A stretch of DNA of 64,000 nucleotides, from NCBI GenBank assembly GCA_965645245.1, contig OZ287077.1, forward strand, positions 1,054,001 through 1,118,000, written 5' to 3'. Of the stretch, positions 38,449 to 50,574 are shown in pieces; the stretch's first letter is position 1; each line of letters opens with the position of its first letter. The notes below the pieces were generated by a model. It worked only from the letters and a program-made list of their open reading frames with translations, searched no databases and was not told the DNA's origin. A program made the translations under genes and the position numbers. The DNA is from Massalongia carnosa (lineage: Eukaryota).

Positions 38449-39796
38449 AGGGTCGACGGGTCGTGACTGGACTGAGGGTGCATGGTATGGGCATAGCTTA
38501 ATAGGGTTAAAAGGGTTTAAAAAGGGAACGTGAGAAGTGAAAAGAGAAAAGAAGGCGAATAATTAGTTGATTAATCTACTTGACGATCGATTTTCTGCCG
38601 GGAAAGAGCGGGTGGGGTTGAAGTATACAAAAAAGGGGATGAGGCAGGAAAAAAAAAACCGATGTGATGTGTAGATTAGAGAGCCAAGTTATCTAAAGAA
38701 ACCAAATAAGAGAAAAATATGATGAGTGAGATGTTGTAATGATCGAGATAGATTGATGTGAAGAGCAAGAGAGGTTAAGAAATATTGGAGAAGAGGGGAG
38801 GGGAGGAATGCGAACGAGAAGGGGGGAAGGGAGGGGAGAGAAACGAAGAAAATGGGGGGCTGAGCTGAAGGTAGCTTGATTTAGTCAGGTAAGGGAAAAG
38901 GTACGTATAGATATGTGAATGGATTGAAAGAGAGTATTCAATAAATGAATCGATTAATAGTCAAAGGATATGAAGGAGAGAATGATAGACAAGGAATAGC
39001 TCACGAAAGATGACATGATTCGTTTCTGCTTTGTTTGGGGGAGGGAGAGAAGGGATTGTTTTAAAAATGAGAGGAGAAATATGCAATCAATTCTTGAACT
39101 CCTCGCTGACCATCGTATCGAGTATGCAACAGCACCATATCAACAGAATCCGAACCGGGAACGGGAACGAATGGAAACGAAACGGATTCCTCAAGATCGC
39201 AAAAAAAAAGTGGGGGTTGCTACTCTTATTTCCTTACTTCAGCAGGGAAATAGAATAGTGATAACGATGATAAAGGCCGGGGGAAAAAACAGATTATCGA
39301 GACGAGAATGAGTTGATATGTTCAGTAAACCTCGGTGAGAATGTGAGGCATACAGAAATTGATGAAAATACTGGAAATGGGACTTTGAAGAGGGAGCGAG
39401 GCGAAAAAAGTGGAGAGAGACTGGAAGGATAGAGGCGTGGAATATAGGTATGTAGAAAGATGAATGGAATGATGAAAGCTCAAGGTGGCATAGCAAGGGA
39501 GATGAAGTAGATGAAGTAAGTAGGTAGCACGACGAAAAATTATAAAACGAAATCAAGGAGATGGAAGATGTTAATGGTTATTTATATTGTTGGATATAGG
39601 CAAGTTGAATCTCTTTCAAACCTCTACACAACTCAAGGGCTCTGCCACTCGACGCGTTTTGCAACGTTTCGTTCCTACCCACGCCATGCTGCCCGAAAGG
39701 AAAACCTCAAAACTCCCTTCTAGCCATATCCAATCCTCCAACATAGCCACCCAGCCAACCATCCGGTACCATGGACCCCTCACCAAAGCGCCCCTA

Positions 39797-41444
39797 TTAC
39801 CGGTATCCCAACCTCCTCTCCGGCGACCGCTGATTCAGCAATATTTTATCTCCGCCTCTTCCATCATCATAACTCGGACGGCTAGTATCCCTCTGGTTCT
39901 GGTAGGGTGTGTAGAATTGGTCTGCATACATCAGTGGCTCCTGCTGCAGCTGGGGTTGAGGGGCAACATGGTGTTGGGGAGGCGGGGGTGGGTGCATGTA
40001 CTGTGAAGGGTGGGGTGGGGGAACTCGGTTACGGAAGACTGAGAATGTGAGGTTGGAGATGGCGAAGCAGCCAAATATTAGGATAAAGGAGGTTATCTAT
40101 CAATACGCCGTTAGCCTGTAAGGTCTGCCGGAGGGGAAGGTAGAAATTAGTATCTGGGTGTAGGAGAAGCTTAGGGTGACAGAAGAACATGTAGAGAAGG
40201 GGGTTTCAGCGGTGATCATAATGCGACAACTACACAGCATTGAAAATAGCCGTCACGAGAAAGGGGCAGAGGATTAAGGTTGACTTACCATCGTTTTGGC
40301 AGAAATCGGCTCAATGAAACTGTTCAAAATCTCGGCGAAGGTGTGCGCGCTGACCCTAGCCCTACCCACTTTACTCGGATCCTGCTGCATGCACTTCTCC
40401 CAGTTATTACACACCGTCTCCATAGCCGGCACACGTGTCTCCCTGTCGCACCGGTTCTCCCTGTACTCCCTGGTGCAGACCGCCATTTCAGCTAGAGTCT
40501 CCGAAGCCACTTCTCGTGATTTTAAATCAACATCGGAGCGGATAGTGGACCAGAAGCTGTAGACCATGTACATCAAGCAGCCAACGAGGAAGACATTGAG
40601 CAGGAATTGGGCGTAGTAGGAAAGGACAGACGGGAGGTTGGGGTGTGTTTCCATGAAGTGGAAGATGGATGGGATGGCGCCCATCTCTTTGACCGTTTCT
40701 TTGGGCTGACTAAACGTATGATTCTCCTTTTTTGAAGATTCTCCTTCCCGGCTACTGGGACGAGATTTCGAATCTGAGTCTGAGTCGTAACTCATGCCTC
40801 GGCGGTGAATCAGGCGAACACCCTTCTCCACACCGCGGCGGCGGTTTTTTTGTACGCGGTGGACCAAGGCGTCGGTATAAAACTTTCGGGGAATTTCTCC
40901 TCGCCCAGAAACATTGTAGGAACCGAGCAAAGGAGCCTTCTTGTCCGTTTTGTTGGATGCAAAGAGGATGAGCGAGCCCTCGGCTTTGGTAAGGCCACTT
41001 CTTTTTGGAAGCTCGGGGGTATCTTCGTTATCAGCATTCCCGGGCGAGGATTCAATCTCGGGACCAGACGAGAAATTCATCTCGATTGGCCTCTGGGGCG
41101 TTGTGAAGGAATGCTTGGCTGGCGGCTTCATGGATGGCGTTGAAGGGAAGAGGAAAGTTTGAGAGGCTGGTTCGCGCAAAGCGGGTAGAGATGGCTTGGT
41201 AGGAGACTGAAGTTCATTGAAAGGACCTAAGGGTCAGCTCGCATGTCAGCTGCTGATGCATGAGCTCATTGATATGATTTCACACTTCTGCGGGGAGCAG
41301 ACACTTACGTTTATGACCGGCAAAACCGTTTAGATGCTGATGGTGTTGGGCTGATGCTTGGATAAAGGGGGAGTCTGATGCTGCAGGACCGTGACCTTGT
41401 TGCCATTGGAAGTCCATGGGACTTTCATTTGTGCGTATATCCAT
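39797..41444 (-). CDS. BRL1: Nuclear envelope protein Brl1/Brr6 family, multi-exon
   Basis: N-terminal ESPMDFQW motif; HPNLPSVLSYYAQFLLNVFLV..TM..IRSDVD; four-Cys luminal loop C..EY.ENRC....RVPAMETVC..WEKCM..DP..VGRARVSA.TFAEILNSFIEPIS; second TM exon, ending SPERRLGYR*. Confidence 0.85.
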
Positions 41445-42142
41445 ATTTGAAGCCGGAGAAACCGGACGATTAATGAATGTCGTTTAAAGAGATATTATTG
41501 CCTCAGTACCTCAGACGTGCTGTGGCTCAGCTTTCGCCTTTATTAACCCTTTCCGGTTAACTCGGCGCTAACTTATTTAGCCTAAAAGTCTAACTTTTAT
41601 AGTTAGACTTTACTTACTAAGTTCCAGGCAGGTTTGCCTTATAAATGAGAAAATGTTAAAATACCAAGCCGCCTTACCCGATTAAGCGTAAAATATCAAC
41701 TCGATTGTGTTAAACCATCCCATCGTTTTCTATGTGTGTTATTTATGTGTTTTCCAACTACACGACAGACTATGCGCGCTGTAGAACGCCATCAAGGAAC
41801 AATGAGCGCGCTTTTTAACCTCGATGCAAGTTAGACAAAAGGCCTGGATCTCAGTCTACAATGGACATCTAGTTGAGTCATGAAAATAGTAAGAGAATGA
41901 CAGCTGCAAGCGGTCATTGATTCATAATTAACTTGTCATCTCTATAGCTAGACTATGTACGGCAAAGCTAGGATCGAGCGGCAATCATCCTTCATGAACA
42001 GGGTTGGACCTGGGTCGCGGAGGCCCTTCGAGCGGAGCTCAATGCACTGGTTGCAACGGCCGCATTTGGGGTTTTCCACCTACCGTCGGAGACTGACGAG
42101 CTGGGCACCTTAAATAGCTTCAAGGGTGCCGCATCGGTCATC

Positions 42143-42959
42143 ATGAGTAAGGCGCCACGATGGCTAGATCCTATTCAGCGCGTCTGTTGTGATGCCCACC
42201 GAGACGAGTCCACTCATCCTCAGCGCGCTATTCCGGTCGGGCGGCAGTTAACTATATTGTCCCTCTTTGGTCACATGTTGCCCCTGAATACGTCAACAAA
42301 TTTTCAGAGCGTCATGGGCCTTTATATCTATCAGGGTGGCGCCAGGCGCAGAGTTCTGGATACTTTATGTCAACTTGGCTTGACAATGTCGTATTCCACT
42401 CTTCAACGGCGCATGTCAAGCTTAAGTGACGAAGCGAGGCGAAAAATAAGGACGATAGGACGAGCTTCAACTACTGTTGTAACCTATGATAATTTTGTTT
42501 TTGCAGAAGGCCGAAGAGGCGAGAGAATCGGTGACGTAAGAGAGTTTCGATCAATTACGACCGCTTTGATATTTGAAGGACAGGGCCTTGGGGTAACGGT
42601 CTTGAGACAAAATATGTGGCAACCTGAGAATTATCCTTTGTCTGCCATATGACTCGCACTAAGATTGAAACCAGATGACATAGACGCACAGGTAAGCATC
42701 GACCACTTTTCCAAGCGGCTTACTTGAAACTGATGAAATGTGGACGAAGATTCAAATTCATCATGTCGAGTCGGCAATCCAAGCCCTTTACAATGCTAAA
42801 TTCAGCGACTTCAACTTTCCTCGGGTTACATCCATGCCTGTGTTGAAAAGACTGAATCGCCTTCGAACGAAGTATCATCCGTTGAAACCGGTTATGAAAG
42901 ACGAAAGCACAACTGTTGAAGATCAAGCATTTCAGCTTGTGATTTCAACAAAGAACTGA
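42143..42959 (+). pseudogene. Academ-type (DUF6589-like) transposase fragment, 3'-truncated
   Basis: FQSVMGLYIYQGGARRRVLDTLCQLGLTMSYSTL and VVTYDNF (candidate first catalytic Asp); premature TGA ending at 42652, GTAAGC donor about 42692, continuation ...PLKPVMKDEST. Confidence 0.62.
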
Positions 42960-43049
42960 CTTGAATGTAAATCTCTGGTCAATCAAGAGGTGTTTTGATA
43001 AGTCGAGTTTCATTATGAAACCCACATTGACTTCTGACGCAGTTCAAGG

Positions 43050-43680
43050 TTTCTTCATCCAACGTTGCAGAAACTCCCAAAAAGGGTATTCCATCTGGCA
43101 ATCATGTTCGAAGCACCCCAAGATTGAAGTATTCAGGTCGGAAATCACGCCATTCCGATACCAGATGCAGCCCGTCGATAGCCAACAGACAAAGATTTGA
43201 GAAATAAGATGAATGACTGAGAACCATTTCGTTAAACAATTCGACGTTGCTATTTCTGGACTCGTGAATACTGTAAGTAACAATTAGAGCGCTGACTTGT
43301 ATACAAACAGATTTATTCGACTTATCATGAGTGTAACGACTATGACGAATAGCAGTCAAGGTAGACGAGTTGTTATTATCTCCGTTCAACACTATGGGTC
43401 GACAGTTGTCGATGAGAGTAAGTTTTTCACATTGCTCTTCTTCCAGTGCAATCAAAGGCATGATTATCAACACTGACTTGCAAGGCGAAAACATCAAAGG
43501 AGCACCTTGAAATAGTATGCTTTTTCCGAAGCCTGTTTTCGCTATCAAAATCAAATCCATCTTATCGCACAACAGATGATGAAGAGCATCCACCTGCGCC
43601 CTCTTTAGACGAAACCCGAAATAACGATCAACAACGCTCTCGATCTTCTCAAGAGTCAACGCCTGTATCGCGTCGTTCAT
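43050..43680 (-). pseudogene. RecQ-like superfamily-2 helicase fragment, N-terminal RecA domain only, inactivated
   Basis: Q-motif FRLKRAQVDAL, Walker A LIAKTGFGKS, motif Ia IMPLIALEEEQ, FTSPE, degenerate Walker B AIDGLHLVSEWRDFRPEY. The intron donor reads ATAAGT instead of GTAAGT and a frameshift follows FTSPE. Confidence 0.75.
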
Positions 43681-43799
43681 ATTGATGTAATAGCGCTACA
43701 ATCTTGATCGAGTTTCGAACTGTCAAAAAGCACGCTAGCAAGGACGACGACTAGATTTTCGAGTTCGGAGCCCTGAAGGACTACAATAACTTGATCCGT

Positions 43800-44885
43800 C
43801 AGCCACACACCGAAAGAAATAGGGAAAAGCAAAGCCGCGACGAGCAAGCTGGCGGTCATGCAAAACAAGTGCTTGCGAACAATAACGGGTGCATTTCGGG
43901 CCACCCCGATTCTAGTATTGGAAACCGAAACGCACGTGACGTCTATAGAATCGCATTTGGAAGAATTACAAGTCAAAGCGAGATATCGCCAACGAACCGC
44001 CGGGCAAACGAGACTCATCTCGTCTTTCTGCAAGGAGATAGAACGCAAGTTGCGCGGAAAAGCGGGCAAGAAAAGATCGCCGAAACCGACCCCAGGAATG
44101 CTCAAGCACGAATGGGCCAAAACCACAGTGATCAGCGCATACCCACCGCAGCCCCAACGCCGCACCCACCCTGGATCACGCCTACGGAGCAACACATGCT
44201 CACAGCCAATGCAGTAAGGATGAGTCGCAGCGCTCACACGAAAGCCACAAAAGCGCATTACAAAACGAAATGGCAGACAACCTGGAAAGCATATCAAGAT
44301 CGCGTACCCTTTCCCACCGAAGCACAGCGCGCTTCCTTAACCAAAGGAAGAATCAAAATACACGACAATCTGGCAAAAGCGGAAAGCGCGTTAGCTACCC
44401 AAATTCGCACGGAAAAAATAGGTCTGGCAAGTTTTCTATTTAAACGACGAGTTCCCAACGTGACGACGGCGGCCTGCAGCTGTGGTTGGCCCCAGCAAAC
44501 GGCCAAACACGTAATCATGCACTGCCCATTAATGACGGGAAGACAAGAGCTGTTTCGGCGTATAAATATCAACGAATATCGTACGATACTCGAAACATCC
44601 AAAACATTGAAACAGGTAACGAGATGGATTATCGAAGCTGGCGTTTTGGCGCAATTTTCTTTATCGGCAAGCTTGCTATACAAGCAATAATTTTCTTTTC
44701 ATTCAAGGGACTCATCGAAAAAGCACACGAGCAGCACAGCTGGAGGTCGTTGGGACCTCGTACGCGCAGCGTTGGCAATGGGTTTTTATTCCTCTTAAAG
44801 GTTTTCCTGTAGCATAGTAGTCCATCCCGCATGGGCCGGCCTTCGGCCGGTGACATATCGGCGTAAGAATATCTATATCTATCTA
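43800..44885 (+). mobile_element. 5'-truncated LINE (Tad1-like non-LTR retrotransposon), ORF2 3' end plus 3' UTR, nested in the Academ-like element
   Basis: Post-RT segment QNKCLRTITGAFRATPILVLETE, ESALATQIRTEKIGLASFL, CCHC knuckle CSCG..QTAKHVIMHC; one frameshift about 44130-44150; tail of ATCT-type repeats at 44871-44885. Confidence 0.8.
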
Positions 44886-46860
44886 AAGCATATCTGAAAG
44901 TAGCGGCGACAATGAAGTATTATATAACAATTATCATGTGTTGTTGTTGTTGATCCTGTCCTGAACGTGAAAAACGATGATTTTTTATCTTAAGCACGAA
45001 ATTTACATGTGTTGTCACCAAAATAACGCGAACCTGGCAAAATTACAGAGTTTTGAACTCAGACCTGCCGCCCGAAGCATACGTAGTAAGCTAAACAGAG
45101 TCTTAACCCAAAACAATTAAACTATTCACTAAACTAGCTTAGCTTTAGACTAATAATATACTAATCTGAATAGGTTTAGCTGTGGCGAGGGCAAGGCAGG
45201 TCTGAGGTAAAGATATTAGACGTAAACAAACATAGCTGACTAAGCGGAGATTAGGAGTTGTTTCTTTCTCCCTCTTCAATACATGAGGTATTGAACTTGC
45301 TTTAATCGATGTTATTTCCTTCATTTCATCTCTCTATTTCGCTCTCTCGTCACGATAATATCATTGCCTCGGAAATGCCTTTTCGGCCTCAAAAAATTTC
45401 AAAACCAATCTTGTGATATCTAAAGGTTGACATTATTTGCATTCACACCCTCCGAGCCATTTCTCATTCTATGTTCCCAGCTCCTATTCTCAAGTCTAGA
45501 TTCATTTTTCGTAATGAACCTATCCTTAGATAGCAGTAGTTATCTCGATAGATAGATAGATCATGTAAAGCCTTTTAATAATTTATCTGACCATGTGAAC
45601 CATAGTCAACCCTATTTCTCTATCCCGGATGAACAACGTTCCTCATTCATGCCGTATCGTATACCTATCTACCTTTTCTATCAAAACTTCCCTTGTATTC
45701 ATCATTTCCCTCTGACGTATTCGAATACCCTCCCTCGACATCTCGTCCATCGACACCGAATATGGGAGTTAAATATGGTCACTAACTGAAAAGCGGGTAG
45801 AGAAACTTAAGTCGTGAGTTGAAAACTCATCATTCTATATACAATCCAACCCTATTTCCCAAGCCTAGACCTAAAAACTCATCTCTATCGCCATTTTCAT
45901 ATCCAAATGCAAAACCCTCTCAACTTCCAAATCTCCCATCTTTACCGGTTCCAAACACCACACAGAAAAACGAGAAAGATCCAGCTCGAATGCAAAAAGT
46001 CCCCTCATCTCTGCCAAGCCAAACACTCCATCCTCCATTTACCAATAAGCTCCGCAAATAAATTCGCTCAAAAGATCCTATCTATCTATACAAACAGTCA
46101 AACTTGCAAACCATCGACCACACTCTCATCCATCCCTCATTATTTATATCCAACACCCCATATCGCCGGTTCAGGTTGGAAAAAAAGCTGATGTCGTCGT
46201 TAGCAGAAGCCAGCAATGCAAGAAGAAATGCAGCCAGCTTACACAAAAAATGGCAAAAGCCCCACGAAAAACACCCTCCTCCGTTCAATAAGCCTGTACC
46301 GCTGACATCGACCAAGCTGCCACAGGATTCCAAGTGTTAGTTAGGGGAAAAGTAAGTACTAGAAGGAAAGGTAGATTTACCCGCAAGCTATTCATTTCTA
46401 GCCACCAGTCTGTCGAGTCTAAATGTCAGCGGTACCCTAAAGCTGCGGGGTCAGAGTCAGCAGATTAGCCCGGTTGCTGCGGAAGCCGTGTGTCAGTAAC
46501 AAAAATCCTCATTATAAGGGGGATACTCTAGGATGGTTTTCTGTTTTCAAGTTTTTTTAGGTTTTCGGAGTCGTCCTGTGCCGCGGCGGCTGCTAAAAAT
46601 ATTAATAATACTAAAGATATGTTAATCGTCGTCCCATTTAATCCAAACCTGCGCTCCGGTCAGTGTACCGCACCCACGACAGTTGACCAGACTGAAGTCG
46701 CGGTGAGTGAGTTGTCGAGCGAGGGGTGGGAAGAAGGAAAGGCGGCGATGCTGCAGAAGCTGTGTGCGATTAACAGAAGTCCTCATTACAAGGGAGATAC
46801 TCTAGGATGATTTTTTGTTTTTTTTTGGCTTTTGTGATTTTTTCTGGCGCGACCAAGCAA

Positions 46861-47426
46861 CTCTATCTGGGTATCCCGTCAGCTTTAGGGGCCAAACCTT
46901 TTACTTACGATATATCCTAGTTGCTATAGGAAGCTCCGGCTCTATCTAAAAACGTTAGCGTCTCGAGGGGCCCAAACCTCTGAACCGCTAAAGCTTTCTA
47001 GCAGAAGCTGGAAGATCCTATGACTCTATCTGGACAACTTGTTAGTGCGAGGGCCCAAACTCTAACCTTCAAGTTGTCCTAGTCGTAGGAAAGAACCCCG
47101 ATGACCAGGAGTGAAGGCCGCTATTCTTCGTTAGGTATTTACTTCCCTAACGTTAGCGACTGAGGGCGAAGGAACTCCGGTGGCCAGGAGTTGAAGGTCA
47201 CTACTCTTCGTTAGGTATTTACTTCCCTAACGTTAGTAACTGAGAGGTGAGAAAACTCCGGTGACTAGGAGTGAAGGCCACTACACGTTAGTGACTGAGG
47301 TTAGAAATCCAGGCTCCAGATCCAGGCTCCGCTCAAGTTGATCCAGGCTCCGCTCAAGATGGTCCAGGCTCCACTCAAAGGCACCGAGATGGCAAGAAGA
47401 AACCCCTATGACCAGGGGTGAAGGTC
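46861..47426. repeat. Degenerate array of about 80-bp period, plus an embedded 21-bp repeat (GATCCAGGCTCCGCTCAAG)
   Basis: TCTTCGTTAGGTATTTACTTCCCTAACGTTAG is identical at 47125 and 47205; CTCTATCT...GG(G)CC(C)AAAC recurs at 46861, 46940 and 47024; ACCAGGAGTGAAGG-like motif 4 times. Confidence 0.8.
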
Positions 47427-47480
47427 CTAAATCGCCAGATAATTTCTTCTCCGACGACGCAGACGGAGACGGCGACCAAT

Positions 47481-48503
47481 TTAGTTGATCCGGGTGGGCA
47501 TCCACCTCGAAAAAACTCTGACACCCGTTACCGGGTGCCCACCAAACTGCTAGATAGAACAAACTAGTCAGCCTTCTTACTAAGATATGACTTGCCGAAG
47601 GATGATGGAAGGGTGAAGGTGGAGTGAGTAGACTTACCACGACGCTTTGTCGTGCATTCGTCGCCAGGGCCAAACGCCTCTGGCGAACACCGACCGATAG
47701 AAACCGGTCCGATCTTTCGATCGGAAGTGTTTCCGTTGCCCATTCCTGGGCAGGACCCATCCTCCATGGAGCTGCATAGACTTCTTTCGAAGCCTTACAC
47801 AGCCCCCTCCCAACCAGGTTGGGAGGACCAGCACAGGGGGCAGGATCCCGGACGGCAAAGGAAGCGGTAGGTGTGGTCGAGGGCTTTAGGATCGACCGTC
47901 CTACAAAGACCGGTCTGGGCGACCGCTCCCCTGACATGTTGTCAGTAAAGATCTTATAAAGGCAGGCAGGTATAAGAAAGGTAATTAGTTCGGAAGAAAG
48001 GTAGGTGAGTATGGGTGAAGCTAGGTATGAATGGAGGTAGGTATGAAGGAAGGCAGGTGGATATAGGTGAAGGTAGGTATGAAGGGAAGTAAGCATGAAG
48101 GGAGGTAGGCATGAATGGAGGTAGGTATGAAGGACAAGCACTTACGCTTCTTCTCAGCAGGTGCCTTAATAGGCGCCTCGCTGAAGGTAAAACGAGGTTT
48201 TACCTGTTGAGCCAGTGAGGACGGACGGCTCGGGGGAGGGAGGTGATTAGTTAGCGTGAGGCAAGGCTCACGCTTTAGAATAGCAGGGGCCTTGGTAGGC
48301 GCCCTGCCTAAGGTAAAACGGGGTTTTACCTTTGGAGCCGTTTGGGACAGACGGCTCCGAGAGACTTGCTGCTGCTTCGAGCAGGGATTCTGCTCGAGAG
48401 TTAGCTTTGCTGTCGCAACAGCAATGCGTGCCTTGCGAACGTCAAATCGCAAGAGCACGGCGGCGGGAGAGGTGTCAGCACGAGTCGCGATGGTGGGCGC
48501 CAT
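47481..48503 (-). CDS. Lineage-specific (orphan) basic protein; exons 48503-48146, 47930-47638, 47549-47481
   Basis: Both introns have GTAAGT donors, CTGAC branch sites and YAG acceptors, and both splice in frame (EKK R|ERSPR; QSVV|QFGGHPVTGVRVFSRWMPTRIN*). Internal duplicated motif KVKPRFTLGRAPTKAPA / QVKPRFTFSEAPIKAPA. Confidence 0.6.
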
Positions 48504-50574
48504 CTTGACTCGTGATCTGGCAGCAAAGAGAAGAAGAAGGTGTAATCGATGCCAAAGGCACCGATGAGGGAGGGGAGCAAAGAAACTGCTATGCAGCGAT
48601 GTAGTGGTCAGAAGAGTTGGAAGTGGCGAGATAACTCGCGTTGGGATGAAGTGAAAAGAAGAACAGAAGAGAAGTTTCGAGGGAACTTATACTCTCAATA
48701 TGCGCTATCTTAGTCTATTCTTGTTCTTACCTGAACTCTACTGTATCGGGAAGGCACGCCTTTGAGAAGAACGCGACTCTGTTCCCCAGACAGAAGGAGC
48801 ACGATGGAATGACGCCATTATATGAGAGAAACAGGATAAGCGTGAGGTAAAAGGTAGAGAGCTTCCAGGGCGATAGCTTGAAGTCGGACGCAATAGTACG
48901 TCGCTGTGTTGACTGAGCATAATATGATGTATATCTCCTTCCCAACAGACTAGTAGGCCTCGCTCCTGCATCAGAAGGCTGCACACCTTTATAGCAGAAC
49001 AAGCACGAGCTGTATTATAATACAGTTTTGCCCTATATAGCTTTATCAACTCAACGTGCATGCAGGCATCTAGAGAACACGAGTTCATAGCTGTCCTTAG
49101 AGAGAAGTAATGACTTCAGGGTATAAACGGCCTCATATCCAACGATATTGACATAGGAGTGGTCCAATAAGTGAAGGCACGCGAACCTGCCAGGCATTCA
49201 TCAATACAAGTTGGGGAGCACCAACAATGAACGGTACAAATCAATGGGGTAGGGTTTGGGTATCCGTATCCATCAGAACCTAGTAGCTCAGCATGTCTCT
49301 TTGCTAACTGAGATGAAGCTACGATCCTAGACCCACCTTTCCCTCCGCTACGAGAAGCCAGAGGCCACGTACGTGTCAAGGCCAGACGAGGTGAAGGCTA
49401 ACACAAGAAGCCACGGACGAGACTATAGAGAATTGTAAAATGATACAACTCTAGGAGAAATATGAGGAGGGAAGTGCGAAAGAGTTCCGATTCATATATT
49501 CGAAACCCCTTTCGACATGTTAAGAATGTCAGTAAGTGCAAGTTTAACATAAACTATTGAATTTCGGTAAGGTAAAAACTACACTCGAGAACAATGCAAG
49601 ATGAGAAGCCCTTGTATCTCCGCCCCATTGGCCCGCAACAAACCGTACGGCGAATCCACTCCTAAGTGACCTTTCAGCATTGATATGAGACAAAGTGTGC
49701 TCATGCGGTAAAGGTAGGAGTGCTGTGATAGAAAGATAAAGTACGAAAGAAGGAGAACAGCATCAACGAAAAAAACCAAACTAATACTGCTGTGCCAGGA
49801 TCTTCGGTCAAGCGACACAGGGTAGAGAACTTCATGGCTTGCCGAGGATATGTGCGGCATAAAGGAGAGAGAGAAGACACAAGCAATAACAAGATAAGAA
49901 GTACCTCCCGAACAACTATAGAGTTGATTTTAGGGTTTCATTAACAGCAAAGATAGATGTATCCAACGGCACTATAAGCTTTGTCGTTAGTCGTTAACGT
50001 CACATTATCGCTATTGTTGACTTTTAATGTGACATCGTCGTTGGCATCAACATTAGCCGCCATTAAGCGCGGCACGGCCCAATCCCCAGGAATTCTTGGC
50101 ATTTGTGGGTCGTTACAACAGTTTTACTAACTTAACTGAGTTATCTTGTTGCATCCGAACAAGCCCTCCGGGTCGTCCTCCTTCTTGCCCTAGATTTTCA
50201 CCCAAATCTCTTTAGCATACTTGATCTAATCAATGAATAAGATAATTGGTGCTGTTCAACAGCTATGGCTATGGCTATGCCAGGCAGGAGACGACTGTTG
50301 CTGATGGATGATTTTTCGTTAAGTCGATTCTCGATTTCTATGCGAAGTGCAATCAGATTGCCCCACATGAACTTTACAACGAACAGGAATTTCAGGAAAC
50401 TTTCTATACAAAATCTACTTGACTTCTTTCGAAGAAATAGCCAGTGTCAAACGAAAAAGCAAGACGTCAAAATGTCTAAAAATCGCAATAATACACGATT
50501 TATTAGGAATATCTGACCGTAATATTGAGTTTTGCGTGGTATCGCAGCCACGTTAGTTAGCTGAGACGCTAATC

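Larger units (their letters stand above)
41498..45210. mobile_element. Decayed AcademH-like DNA transposon (convergent transposase and RecQ-like helicase) with an 8-bp flanking direct repeat AGATATTA
   Basis: Left end TTGCCTCAGTACCTCAGACGTGC; right end reverse complement TTACCTCAGACCTGC. AGATATTA at 41490-41497 and 45211-45218. Encloses transposase and helicase remnants. Confidence 0.7.

Noticed and set aside
43102..43680. Host RecQ/SGS1 helicase gene
   Set aside because: Truncated, Walker B degenerate (DGLH), splice donor mutated, and located inside transposon ends opposite a transposase.
47281..48141. 286-aa ORF with LHTYLH and LERSLD repeats
   Set aside because: Its N-terminal repeats fall in an intron and its C-terminal repeats fall after the spliced stop; only the middle portion is exonic.
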